A stretch of 26,895 nucleotides of DNA, taken from Promethearchaeota archaeon. GTDB taxonomy: Archaea > Asgardarchaeota > Lokiarchaeia > Sigyniarchaeales > SOKP01. Position 1 is the first letter of the stretch. Each line of letters starts with the position of its first letter. This document shows, one piece after another, positions 1-9,960 of this stretch. The position numbers and the translations under genes are program-made. The notes below the pieces were generated by a model that made no database searches, was not told the origin of the DNA, and was given only the letters and a program-made list of their open reading frames with translations. The stretch is from positions 1 through 26,895 of the forward strand of contig SHMW01000063.1 in assembly GCA_008080735.1 (NCBI GenBank), in the 5' to 3' direction.

Positions 1-244
1 TTCATGAATAATAGTACCTATAAATTAAGTTGAATGTTGGATCTCTTACTTCTAATTTTTCTTTATCTTCAATACTGCGTGGGTCCTAAATGGAAAAATT
101 ATAGATCTTATACTAAAAAAGTTTTCTAAACCTGAAGCTGATATCAAATAGATATTCTGATAATTTAATCAAAAAAGAGTCTATACAAGTTTTATATAGG
201 TGAGTTTATTTGTGTTTAATAGATAGAAAAAGTGGTAAAATTCT

Positions 245-1021
245 ATGAATGTCTCACAATTGAATAAAGCACTCACGAGCTTAATCAATAAAGCAAAATT
301 AGCGGAAAATCATAATAATATTGATGGTGCCATAGAAGGTTGGGTAAAAGTTTCTGAATTAGCATTGAGAGCTTCTAAAAACCCCAATTTTTCTACTTCA
401 TATCGAAGGATGTTGATGAATAGAACAGAGGGCATCTTGCAGCATATAAAAGAATTAAAAGATATAAAAAACCAACCAAAGCAAAGGAAAGTGAGGACAG
501 AGAAACCAGAAATAGATGCCGAAACAAGGGAAAAAATGGATCAAGCCCTATCAGAGTCATTGCCAAAAACACCTAAGAAAATACCTCAAGAATCATCTGA
601 ACAAGGCTCTCAAGAGTCTCATAATACAAAGAGAGAAAAGCAAGAACAACACGATCAGATGACTATGAAAAAACCAAAAAAACCCAAAAAACAAGATAAT
701 TCAAATAAAAATAATTCTTGGGATTCACAATTTAAAGATATGCCAGAAGGATTCCGAGAGTTAAAAACTTCTGAAAATTTTGATGTGCTTACTCCCTTTG
801 ATGAGGAATCAGTGAAGAAACGGCTGAGCGATAATGTTGATATGAGTACATTCAAACCAGAAATGAGCGGAGAGAAAAATAAAGGGAATTCATCGCAAAA
901 TAATGAAGATATTAAGCTTGAAAAGAAAGATCAAGATGGAAATGTAATTTGTTTTGCATGTGGACAAGCAAACCCTCCAGATGCAAAGAAATGTCGCAGT
1001 TGTGGCACAGAATTACAATAA
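245..1021 (+). CDS. MIT-like domain protein with disordered linker and C-terminal zinc ribbon
   Basis: The N-terminal ~75 aa have an MIT-like three-helix pattern (LINKAKLAE...IDGAIEGW...RRMLMNRTEGILQHIKELK). A low-complexity K/Q/E/S linker follows, then C-terminal CFACG-x9-CRSCG. Confidence 0.6.
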   Translation: MNVSQLNKALTSLINKAKLAENHNNIDGAIEGWVKVSELALRASKNPNFSTSYRRMLMNRTEGILQHIKELKDIKNQPKQRKVRTEKPEIDAETREKMDQALSESLPKTPKKIPQESSEQGSQESHNTKREKQEQHDQMTMKKPKKPKKQDNSNKNNSWDSQFKDMPEGFRELKTSENFDVLTPFDEESVKKRLSDNVDMSTFKPEMSGEKNKGNSSQNNEDIKLEKKDQDGNVICFACGQANPPDAKKCRSCGTELQ

Positions 1022-1034
1022 GGTTAATATCCTT

Positions 1035-1718
1035 TTAAAAATTCTCATATTTATCCATATCATCAAAATTAAACACCCCAAAGCGCTCTGATCTCCTCCT
1101 TTTAAAGGTTTTCCACCCCATCCTCGTATCTTTTAAACATAATTGAGTTTTATACCCTTTCATTAATTCATAAATTCTGTCTTGATATTCAGCTACTTTA
1201 ATTTTTATTTGTTTTTCTTTTGGTGCTTTCAATACATTATAAAGGGCATAAACATAAAATTCAGCGTTATTTAGAGATACAGCCTTCGCAGCTTCCTTGG
1301 CCATTGTATGCGTAGCTTGGTGGTCGTTATGGTTATTATGATCGCTCGGTATTACAATCCGTTCTGTATTTGCGATTATATCGGATGCTAATTCTATACC
1401 CAATTCTATATTATTTTCCGCGTCTTGATCATGTATTTTAAAATAGTAAACATTATCCTTTTCAAACCCAAACGCCTTTGAGACCTTCTCCGCTTCTTTG
1501 AGAGCGATTTCAGCAATTTCATCCTTGCTTAGGTCCATATATTTTTGGGCACATTCTTCAAGGAGTTGGTTTTCTTTAATCCCCCATTCAATCAAGGCCC
1601 TATTATCAGTCACATAGATTAGGTGGACATCGTGTCCTTCTTCAAGCCATTTCAATATGCTCCCTCCACATCCGAAAATCTCATCGTCTGGATGAGGGGC
1701 AAAAACAACAATCTTCAT
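1035..1718 (-). CDS. PIG-L/LmbE family N-acetyl-sugar deacetylase
   Basis: VFAPHPDDE motif and downstream HNDH (HxDH) metal-binding motif; GAGGAG RBS just upstream of the ATG. Confidence 0.88.
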   Translation of the reverse strand: MKIVVFAPHPDDEIFGCGGSILKWLEEGHDVHLIYVTDNRALIEWGIKENQLLEECAQKYMDLSKDEIAEIALKEAEKVSKAFGFEKDNVYYFKIHDQDAENNIELGIELASDIIANTERIVIPSDHNNHNDHQATHTMAKEAAKAVSLNNAEFYVYALYNVLKAPKEKQIKIKVAEYQDRIYELMKGYKTQLCLKDTRMGWKTFKRRRSERFGVFNFDDMDKYENF

Positions 1719-1730
1719 AGATATCTCCTC

Positions 1731-2279
1731 TTATTTTAAAGGGTTTGTTTTATTCTCCTTATATAGCAATTCAATAATCATATTAAATGCCTCATAAACA
1801 TATTCACCAGTCTTCGCGGACGTTAAAAAATAATTTATAAACTCGTGGTTACTGATAATTTCTTCAATTGCTCCAAAGTCTATGTCATTTTCATCAACAA
1901 GATCAACTTTATTAGCAAACAATACAACCGGGATATCTCCGCAGTATTTTTTCAATTCTTTATTCCAATCTTTAATATGATTAAAGCTCTCTTTCCCCAA
2001 ATCATTTTCTTCAAGACTAAAAACGATAATGCATGCTTTAGATTCTTTATAGAAAAGAGGATGCAAAAATAGAAAATCTTGTCCAGCTATATCCCAAAAA
2101 ATTAAATGAACTTCATCGCCATCTATTTTTTTATTAAATCTAGAAAACTGGGCTCCAATAGTTTTAACATAATCTTTCTGAAAGGTGTCTTTCGTATAAC
2201 GTTTAATGAGAGACGTTTTGCCTACCCCACCATCTCCAATAATAGTTATCTTATAAACAAATTCATCAGAATGGGACAT
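1731..2279 (-). CDS. Rab-like small GTPase (Ras superfamily)
   Basis: G1 GDGGVGKT, G2 TIG, G3 WDIAGQ, G4 NKVD, G5 TSAK; no C-terminal prenylation Cys motif. Confidence 0.93.
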   Translation of the reverse strand: MSHSDEFVYKITIIGDGGVGKTSLIKRYTKDTFQKDYVKTIGAQFSRFNKKIDGDEVHLIFWDIAGQDFLFLHPLFYKESKACIIVFSLEENDLGKESFNHIKDWNKELKKYCGDIPVVLFANKVDLVDENDIDFGAIEEIISNHEFINYFLTSAKTGEYVYEAFNMIIELLYKENKTNPLK

Positions 2280-2399
2280 AAAATTATATGAGAAAAATTA
2301 AAGGATATTTAGGTATGATTTAATAATATGTCAGCTAATATAAGTCTTATATTATTCTGTCGAAAAAAAAACCCGCAAAATAAATAACTTTACTAAATT

Positions 2400-4349
2400 C
2401 TATGGAAAAGTCTCATCTAAAAATACACTTTTAATTGCATTCATAAGTAAAGAATTATCTTCAATGTGAATTATTTTATTCATAGCATAGTTTTGCATCA
2501 GATATGCCCAAAGATTGTTTTCCTTTTTCAAGTATTCAGAAAATGAATTTATCTTTTGTAGAGCATTATAGGATTTTCCTTTAAAAATATATCCAATAAA
2601 GAAGGGGTTTACGGAATTCATTAAGAGTGTATAATCCCCAAAGATAGCTCTGTCAAGATCTTCAGAAAACACTTCTTTAATAAAATAATCAATTGAGGTT
2701 AAAAAACCTCCTAATATATGTGAATTTAATGCTTTTTCTTCTACAAATTGATGACAAAATAAAGTATTTCCCCCGTTTGAGATTATCAGAATCAGAACAG
2801 GTTCTTCTTTCACAGTCTTAGGTAATTGATATCTTTGCTTTTTTATCATTGCTGAAAGATGATTGTTTAAATCAGTCAATTCGAAGCGTTCTATTAAAGT
2901 CGATTTGGATTTTTTCAATTTTTTCCATATATCTAATTTTTGAAGTAATTCATCATGTTCATTAGAGATTTTGATTGCTAATCGTTGCATATGATATTTA
3001 TTAGCAATCCTTTGAGCTCGTGTTAATAATGTTCTTGCTTCTATTAAATCTAAAGTAAGTAAAGATAATTTAGCTTGTAGCACTAAAGCTTCAGCTAATG
3101 TCCAATATGATTTTAGTTTCTTGGTCACTTCTAATAATTTATTAATGAGTGACTTAACCTCATCGATAATTTCTCCTCTATTTGTTATTTTTAACTCTTC
3201 CAATAACAAATCACATTGATTTAGTATAGCAATGATAGTATATTCATTTTTAATATTATCGTCTTTAATTATTTGGGTAAATATTTCTTGGGCTTTGGCT
3301 TGAGTTTGAAATCTAGGACTTGATTTTAAAATTAGAGCCTTAGAGATCAAATAAGATTGTTCTATGCGTTTATTATTGGGTAGTCCGTTATAAATTTCTT
3401 TTAATTTTCTTAGATAATCCTTTGCTTTATTTATATCGCCTCTAATGACTAAAACATCTATTAAATTAGCAAGTACCTCACTTTTCACCCATTTATTTTT
3501 TATATTTTTTGTAATATCATAACTATATTTCAAATAGTCACAACACTGATTGATATCGCCCATCTCTCTATAAATATTTCCTATTTCACTAATAGTTATA
3601 ATAGCTGGAAATAAATGATTCAGATCCTCAAAAAAGCACACGCCTTTTTTATAATACTCTAAAGCTTTCTCTAAATCACCTTTCATGTAGTAAATATCTC
3701 CATAACTCTTTGAATTGTACGTATCTATCCAAGGATGATTTATTTCAATAGCCAATGATTGTGAGTCATCTAATAATTGAAGGGCATAATCTAAGTCATC
3801 TTTAAAGTGCGTATAATAAGCGCAAAGTAAACTATTTGCCTCTACGATTTCATGGGTTATACCAAGTTTCTTCCGTATTTCCAAACTTCTTGATATATAA
3901 CTTAACCCATCAATACTAGCTTGAAACCAAGAACAACTTGCTTTCATAAAAAATATGAAGGCTTTTCTTCTTTCAATTTCAAATGTTTCACATTCTTTCA
4001 GATTTTCTAAAACTTTTTCTGCTTCTAAAGTCAATTCATTGGCTAAAGAAAAGTTCCCTAACCAAAGAACAGCCCAAGCTTTATTCAGAAGGGCATCTAT
4101 TGAATAAAGCTTATATTCTAATTTCTGACTCAATTGAAAGGCAATTTCGGCATGTTCTATACACTTACTATCTTGTCTGTAGCGAAAGTGAACAGAACTT
4201 TTAAGGAGATGATACTCGAGTTTTTCTAAATCATTAAAGCGTTCTAAATCTTTAATTTGTTGAAGTAAAATATACAATCTCTCAAAATTCCCTTCCTCAA
4301 ATAATTTCTTAGCTTGTCTAATTTCTTGTGATTTTAAAAAATATTTCAT
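2400..4349 (-). CDS. TPR-repeat protein with C-terminal longin-like domain (paralog 1)
   Basis: TPR-like units (YGDIYYMKGDLEKALEYYKKG; IGNIYREMGDINQCCDYL). The C-terminal ~130 aa have a longin-like pattern (PVLILIISNGGNTLF...ILGGFLTSIDYFIKEVFSEDLDRAIFGDYTLLM). Confidence 0.75.
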   Translation of the reverse strand: MKYFLKSQEIRQAKKLFEEGNFERLYILLQQIKDLERFNDLEKLEYHLLKSSVHFRYRQDSKCIEHAEIAFQLSQKLEYKLYSIDALLNKAWAVLWLGNFSLANELTLEAEKVLENLKECETFEIERRKAFIFFMKASCSWFQASIDGLSYISRSLEIRKKLGITHEIVEANSLLCAYYTHFKDDLDYALQLLDDSQSLAIEINHPWIDTYNSKSYGDIYYMKGDLEKALEYYKKGVCFFEDLNHLFPAIITISEIGNIYREMGDINQCCDYLKYSYDITKNIKNKWVKSEVLANLIDVLVIRGDINKAKDYLRKLKEIYNGLPNNKRIEQSYLISKALILKSSPRFQTQAKAQEIFTQIIKDDNIKNEYTIIAILNQCDLLLEELKITNRGEIIDEVKSLINKLLEVTKKLKSYWTLAEALVLQAKLSLLTLDLIEARTLLTRAQRIANKYHMQRLAIKISNEHDELLQKLDIWKKLKKSKSTLIERFELTDLNNHLSAMIKKQRYQLPKTVKEEPVLILIISNGGNTLFCHQFVEEKALNSHILGGFLTSIDYFIKEVFSEDLDRAIFGDYTLLMNSVNPFFIGYIFKGKSYNALQKINSFSEYLKKENNLWAYLMQNYAMNKIIHIEDNSLLMNAIKSVFLDETFP

Positions 4350-4413
4350 TTTCTGCTTATTTCACCTGCGATTTTAAAATTCTTACTTATTCGTTTAGAG
4401 ATTTATTAAAGCT

Positions 4414-6357
4414 TCATTTTAAGTTATTTATATAAGCTGAATTGCTCGAAAATATATTTTTCAATATTGAATCTAAATGAGCTATATCTCCCAATTTGAC
4501 AGTTTTATTCTTTTGATGATGTTTTAACAAGCTTTTCCAAATATTATTATTTTTATCTAATTCTTTAGTAAACTTTCTCATTCTTTGAACAGCAAAATAT
4601 GACTCCCCTTTAAAGAGATAGGCTATATAGAAAGGAGAGATAAAATTCATAATGAGAGTATAATCTCCAAAAATAGCTCTATCAAGTCCTTCAGAAAACA
4701 ATTCTTTAGTGAAATAATCAAATGTAGCTAAAAAACTTCCTAAAATATGGGATTCTAATGCAGTTTTATTAACAAATAGATGAGTAAAAATTGGATTTCC
4801 ACCCTCTGAAATTATTAGAATCATAATTGGGTTCTCATTTTTTATTTCGGGGAGTTTGATTCTGGTTTTTTGAATCATATATGAGAGTTGTTCACTTAAA
4901 TTACTATAATTTATACGTTCGGCGATACTAGACTCTGAAACCTCTAAATCTTTCCATAAGCCCAATTTCTGTAGTAATGAATCATGCTCATGAGAGATTT
5001 TAGCTGCTAGCCAATACATCTGGTACTTTTCAGCCATTTTTTGAGCTTTTGTTAATAATCTCCTAGCATTAGTTAATTTAAATTTCAATAATGCCAGTCT
5101 TGCTTGTAGAACCAAAGTTTCGGATAAAATCCAATATGATTTAAAACTATCTGCCCACTTTAAAAGTTCTTCAACTAATAGATCAATTTCATCGATTATA
5201 TCAGCTTTTTTTGTCAAATTAAGTTCATCTAATAAAAGCTCACATTGATTTAATAAAGCTGTGATGAGTATCTCATTTTCTGAGGTTTTATCTCGAATGA
5301 TGGAATGAAAGATTTTTTGCGCTTTCGCGTGTGATTGGAATCGTTTATAAGATTTTAAAATTAGGGCTTTAGAAATTAGATATGAATTTTTGATACGCGT
5401 GTTATCACCTTCTCGATTATTAATATCCTCTAATTTTTCTAGATATTTTTCTGCCTTTTGAATATTTCCTCTGAGAACTAGGATTTCTATTAGATCAGTA
5501 ATAATTCTGCTTTTTAACCAATCATTATTAGTTATTTTTGATATATCGTAGCTACGAAGGAGATAATTACAACATTGATCAATGTCACCCATTTCTCTAT
5601 AAACTTTTCCCACTAGTCCCATTGTGCTTACAGCAGGAAGTGGATTATCTTTTTCTATAAAATCTTTGACTCCTTTTTTATAATAATTTAAAGCTTTTTT
5701 TAAATCGCCTTTAAAGTGATAAATATCTCCATAATTCTTTTGATTAAATGTTTTTGCCCATGGATGATTTATTTCAAGAGCGAGATTATGGCATTCGTCT
5801 AAAATCGCCAATGAAGCATCTAAATCTTCTTTGAAATAGGTACTTAATCCTCCGAGAATGCTAAGAGACTCAACTATTTCATGCTTTATTCCAAGCTTCC
5901 TACGGATAGATACGCTTTTTTTCGCATATTTAAATCCTTCTGGTTCAGCTTGAAACCAACTCCCAACTGCCTTAATGAAGAATAAAAATCCCTTTCTTCT
6001 TTCAAATTTTAATTCTTGAATAGTTTCCATATTTTCAATTTTTTCTTCGACCTCAAAGATTAATTCAAATGCTTTTTCAAGTTTACCTAACCAAAAAAAT
6101 GACCAAGCAATATTAAGAAGGGCGTCAATAGATAAGAAAGTATTTTTTGATTTCTGAGCTTGATGATAGGCTAATTTGGCAAATCTTAAACACTTTTCAT
6201 CTAATCTCAACCTTAAATAGACGGAACTTTTTAGTAAATTATATTCAAGAGCCTCTAAATCAGACAAATCTTCAATATTTCTAATCTTTTCTAATGAATT
6301 AAGAACACCTTCGAACTGCCCTATCTCAAAAAGTTGTTTAGCTCCTTCTATTTCCAT
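4414..6357 (-). CDS. TPR-repeat protein with C-terminal longin-like domain (paralog 2)
   Basis: Collinear with the 2400..4349 protein and nearly the same length (647 vs 649 aa). Shared blocks include SIDALLN, EINHPW, YREMGDI, SYLISKALILKS and LDRAIFGDYTL. Confidence 0.75.
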   Translation of the reverse strand: MEIEGAKQLFEIGQFEGVLNSLEKIRNIEDLSDLEALEYNLLKSSVYLRLRLDEKCLRFAKLAYHQAQKSKNTFLSIDALLNIAWSFFWLGKLEKAFELIFEVEEKIENMETIQELKFERRKGFLFFIKAVGSWFQAEPEGFKYAKKSVSIRRKLGIKHEIVESLSILGGLSTYFKEDLDASLAILDECHNLALEINHPWAKTFNQKNYGDIYHFKGDLKKALNYYKKGVKDFIEKDNPLPAVSTMGLVGKVYREMGDIDQCCNYLLRSYDISKITNNDWLKSRIITDLIEILVLRGNIQKAEKYLEKLEDINNREGDNTRIKNSYLISKALILKSYKRFQSHAKAQKIFHSIIRDKTSENEILITALLNQCELLLDELNLTKKADIIDEIDLLVEELLKWADSFKSYWILSETLVLQARLALLKFKLTNARRLLTKAQKMAEKYQMYWLAAKISHEHDSLLQKLGLWKDLEVSESSIAERINYSNLSEQLSYMIQKTRIKLPEIKNENPIMILIISEGGNPIFTHLFVNKTALESHILGSFLATFDYFTKELFSEGLDRAIFGDYTLIMNFISPFYIAYLFKGESYFAVQRMRKFTKELDKNNNIWKSLLKHHQKNKTVKLGDIAHLDSILKNIFSSNSAYINNLK

Positions 6358-6807
6358 TTTATCACGTATTTAAATAAATTTATGCTGAATTTTAGAACAA
6401 GTTAGAGGAAATCTTTTCAATACCCGTTTTTGCATTTTTCTTGGAAATTTTTCAATTTTGAAATCTATTTAGAAATACAACATTAATAGATCGGAGATCC
6501 TAGTTCTTCTAAATACTCAATTCAAAATACCTTCATATAGCTTTTTAAATGTAAAATTATCTTGCTTTGTTGAAAACTGAATGGTATTATAATAATCACA
6601 ATATATTTACAAGAATGTCAACTAATCTAAAATTAAGCGTATCGTAAATTTAAGTATTATTATTCAATTAGAAATTTTTACTTTAGAAAAAAGAACTAAG
6701 CTGTTTTTCTATTTCAATAAATTAATGATATCTATATTTTCTAATTGATGAAATATATCTAAACAAAAGATATTTTGTCGGAATAAAATCAAATAAAAAT
6801 AAAAAAA

Positions 6808-9771
6808 TTAGATTTTTAATTTTTTCTTTGAAGATACTATTAAGGCTGCTAGAGCTAAAGCAAAAACGGGGAATAAGAGGCTATATCCAGGAATTCCAGG
6901 AATATCTGGGTTATTTGCTGTATCGCTTACAGTTATTAATATGTAATGAGTTCCAGAGATACCCAAATCATCTGTAATACTTATAGTGACATTATATATC
7001 CCTTCTTCAGAGAATGAATGAATTGGATTTTCTTCATAACTTTCATTACCATCATCAAACCACCAATGAAAAGAGCATGGGGGATAATGATCTAATATCG
7101 AACATGAAAAGTTAATAAATTCATACAATTCAACATGTGTAGCATTAGTGTCAATGGTTACACTTAAAAAGGAAACATGTACAAGAATACGCATATCAGC
7201 AGATATTTGATTGTTAAAATTATCAACAACTGTAATTTTTATCCAATAAATTCCTTTCATTAAACTTGTTTTATTTTCGAGCAATCCATTAGAATCAATG
7301 ATAAAGTTGATTGTATCATTGACTAGATATTCCTTTATGCCACAAGTATCAGTAGCATTAACCTTATAGGTAAAGTCTGCTCCTACAACAATTTCTTGAT
7401 TTGTTATAGGATCAAGCCAAATTGGGGGGGTTGAATCGAGTTGTGCAGTCCATTTTAGATTATATTGATTTGATAAATTTGCTCCGAAAACCTTTATGTA
7501 ATAAAATCCCGCAATTTTAATACACCACGCAATAAATTCATTATCATTGGAGGATGTACTAGACAATATTTCAGTTCCATTGAAATAATATAGGCCAATA
7601 TCGATATCTCCTTGATCATGTGAAAATGTACATTCAATTTCTAAATAAGGTGCCTCTGACGGGACATATATTTCATACCAATCATCATCACCCTGTCTTC
7701 CATGTCCATCAATTCCATCTATTTGTGTTGAATTATAGAGACTCAAATTATAAGCGGTCGCTAGATTATCATTTTCTTCATAATTATCATCATTAGCAGC
7801 TAGAGCCCATCTCAGATTGTATTCATTCCCACTATGATACGTTTTTCCAAAAATTTTAATGTAATAATAGGCAGCTCCAGTAAGAATTCTGTCAATAAAC
7901 TCATTATCTGATGATGATGTACTTTGCGTAATTAGCGTTTCACTCGCATCATAAAGAGCCATATCTATGTCACCTAGACTATGAGTAAATGTGCATTCAG
8001 CTTGTAAAAGTTTTGCTCCTAAGGGAACAAAAATTTTATACCAGTCCTCATCTACATTTCGACCAGTTCCATTTATTTCATCCAACCAAACGGATTCGTT
8101 TAGAGAAAGATCATAGGATGAGGCTAAATCATCATTTTCTTCATAATTGTCTTCAATTGGAATATTAGTTTCCCATTTAAGATCATAATAATTTGGATCG
8201 TACCAACTGGGATGGGAAAAATGTTCTTGAAACAATTTTATATAATAAGATCCCCCAGCGGGAACAACATAATTTATTATTTCATTATCGTTGGTTGAAC
8301 TGCTTTCAGTGATTAAACTTTCACTATCATCATATAATTCCATATTGATATCTCCATAATTATGAATAAATGTACAATTAATCGCTAAGTTTCTCTCATC
8401 ATTTTCAACATGTATTCGATACCAATCTTGATCTAAACTAATTGCATCTCCATCGATATTGGATAACCATATATCTTCATGAGAGGAAAAGTCATAAATA
8501 TCATTAAAACTATCATTGGGCTCATAATTATCATCAGAGGGAGGTATAGCATTCCAGCGTAAATTATATTCACTTGGGTAATTCTGTCCATATACTTTAA
8601 TGTAATACCAATTTTCCCAGTAATCTTTGTGTACTCCCACAATTTCATAATTAATATTCTCATTATTCGTAGTTGTGGTGCTTTCGGTTAATAATGTTCC
8701 ATAATAATCATATAAAGCGATATCGATGTTATTATCAGCATGAGTAAAAGTACATTCTATATTGAAAATTTTATCAGGACGATCGATAGTAATTTTATAA
8801 TAATCATCATCCGATTGGATTCCAAGTCCATCAACTGAACTTAACCATGTGTTCTCATACAAATTCTCAAATGCCTCACCACGATGATCGTTATCTTCAT
8901 AGTTATCATCCCACAAAAATTCCATTTCATTCCATTTTAAATCATAAAAATCCAAAGCATGGTTATTTATTGTACAATCAACCCTAACATAATACACTCC
9001 TGGAGCGTCTACTGTAAAATCTATGCTTAAATCGTCGGGCGAAGTTGTTGAACTATCAGAAGCTAATAACGTAGTCCCATCAGTATCATACAGTTCTAAA
9101 TCAAAGAGACCCCACCAATGTTTAAGATTAATCTGTGCTCGCAAATTATATGGGTTAATAGTATATTTGAACCAATCATCACCTCCAGTAGACGGTGAGT
9201 TTGTCCCAAGTCCGTTGATTCTGGATAACCATAAATCCTCATTAGATGTAATGTCATATGCGGTAGAATAATCATCATTTTGTTCGTAATTATCTTGAGG
9301 ATTACTCACAACATTATCCCAATAGATGTCATAACTATTTCCCCCATTAGTCCCTGTAATCCTGATATACCATACACCTAGATTTGTAGGTTCAACGTCT
9401 AACAACTCGTCCCTAAAATCATCATTATCATAAGTGTAATCATAATGATGACCCTCCCGACTCAACTGAATAGTAATATCTCCAATAAAATATATAACTA
9501 ATCTATCTAGTGCAAGGTCGATTTCATACCAATCCTCATCATTTTGATACCCTAGGCCATTAATCTCACTTAACCAATTCCCTGCATTTGAATCAATATC
9601 ATAGGCACTGGTCCAACCATCATTTTCTTCATAATTGTCTTCAGCAGCCTTAACAAAAGTAGGAGCAGAAGCGATGAAAATAACGAAAAGCCCAATTAGC
9701 AGCGTTGATATAATCGTTATGGTTTTTAATTTTTTTCCTTCATTTACCTTAAGAGTTTTAATTTCTATCAA
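6808..9771 (-). CDS. Cell-surface protein: six PPC-like acidic repeats, cadherin/Ig-like and PKD domains, C-terminal sorting/anchor signal
   Basis: N-terminal basic-hydrophobic signal (KKLK...LLIGLFVIFIASA) and six DNYExND repeats. PKD motif WWFDDG...NPIHSFSEEGIYNVTISITD. C-terminal IPGY + hydrophobic helix + KKKLK (Loki-CTERM/PEF-CTERM-like). The TTG start is uncertain. Confidence 0.82.
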   Translation of the reverse strand: MIEIKTLKVNEGKKLKTITIISTLLIGLFVIFIASAPTFVKAAEDNYEENDGWTSAYDIDSNAGNWLSEINGLGYQNDEDWYEIDLALDRLVIYFIGDITIQLSREGHHYDYTYDNDDFRDELLDVEPTNLGVWYIRITGTNGGNSYDIYWDNVVSNPQDNYEQNDDYSTAYDITSNEDLWLSRINGLGTNSPSTGGDDWFKYTINPYNLRAQINLKHWWGLFDLELYDTDGTTLLASDSSTTSPDDLSIDFTVDAPGVYYVRVDCTINNHALDFYDLKWNEMEFLWDDNYEDNDHRGEAFENLYENTWLSSVDGLGIQSDDDYYKITIDRPDKIFNIECTFTHADNNIDIALYDYYGTLLTESTTTTNNENINYEIVGVHKDYWENWYYIKVYGQNYPSEYNLRWNAIPPSDDNYEPNDSFNDIYDFSSHEDIWLSNIDGDAISLDQDWYRIHVENDERNLAINCTFIHNYGDINMELYDDSESLITESSSTNDNEIINYVVPAGGSYYIKLFQEHFSHPSWYDPNYYDLKWETNIPIEDNYEENDDLASSYDLSLNESVWLDEINGTGRNVDEDWYKIFVPLGAKLLQAECTFTHSLGDIDMALYDASETLITQSTSSSDNEFIDRILTGAAYYYIKIFGKTYHSGNEYNLRWALAANDDNYEENDNLATAYNLSLYNSTQIDGIDGHGRQGDDDWYEIYVPSEAPYLEIECTFSHDQGDIDIGLYYFNGTEILSSTSSNDNEFIAWCIKIAGFYYIKVFGANLSNQYNLKWTAQLDSTPPIWLDPITNQEIVVGADFTYKVNATDTCGIKEYLVNDTINFIIDSNGLLENKTSLMKGIYWIKITVVDNFNNQISADMRILVHVSFLSVTIDTNATHVELYEFINFSCSILDHYPPCSFHWWFDDGNESYEENPIHSFSEEGIYNVTISITDDLGISGTHYILITVSDTANNPDIPGIPGYSLLFPVFALALAALIVSSKKKLKI
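7445..9642 (-). repeat. Six tandem ~115-130 aa protein-domain repeats inside the surface protein
   Basis: Repeat heads (D/E/Q)DNYE.ND begin at about 9642, 9297, 8910, 8535, 8154 and 7791. Each is followed by G.G/A...D.DW/YY.I and ends in Y.(L/I).W. Confidence 0.85.
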
Positions 9772-9855
9772 CTCAATTTTTTGTTTTTATTTAGAGTTTT
9801 AAAAATATTGATATTAGAGAATCAGATACTCTTCTTTTTATGGATAATGTATAGA

Positions 9856-9890
9856 AACTTTCATGAAAGTTCCATAGTATTGTGGAAGTT
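9856..9890. promoter_or_regulatory. Palindromic putative operator between the divergent surface-protein and wHTH-TPR genes
   Basis: Perfect 16-bp palindrome AACTTTCATGAAAGTT (9856-9871), overlapped by a second inverted repeat TTCCA-N8-TGGAA. Confidence 0.5.
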
Positions 9891-9960
9891 TTAGAAAATA
9901 GATATATATAAAAAAGAGATAGATCTATATGTTAGTTATAAAAAATTATCATCCTATCTT

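Noticed and set aside
1-244. Possible partial gene at the left edge
   Set aside because: The frames I checked are interrupted by stops. A minus-strand ATG at 3-5 could start an off-window gene but cannot be supported.
4350-4416. UGA read-through joining the two TPR-longin paralogs
   Set aside because: The genes are out of frame (64-nt gap), and an in-frame TAA follows within nine codons.
6358-6807. 450-nt intergenic gap as a hidden gene or ncRNA
   Set aside because: It is very AT-rich, the frames I checked close quickly, and I saw no GC-rich stem or tRNA-like fold.
7445-9642. Recurring ~20-nt DNA motif (GATAATTATGAAGAAAATGAT-like) as a CRISPR or DNA repeat array
   Set aside because: Copies are degenerate at synonymous positions, spaced 345-387 nt apart and in frame; they encode protein domain repeats.
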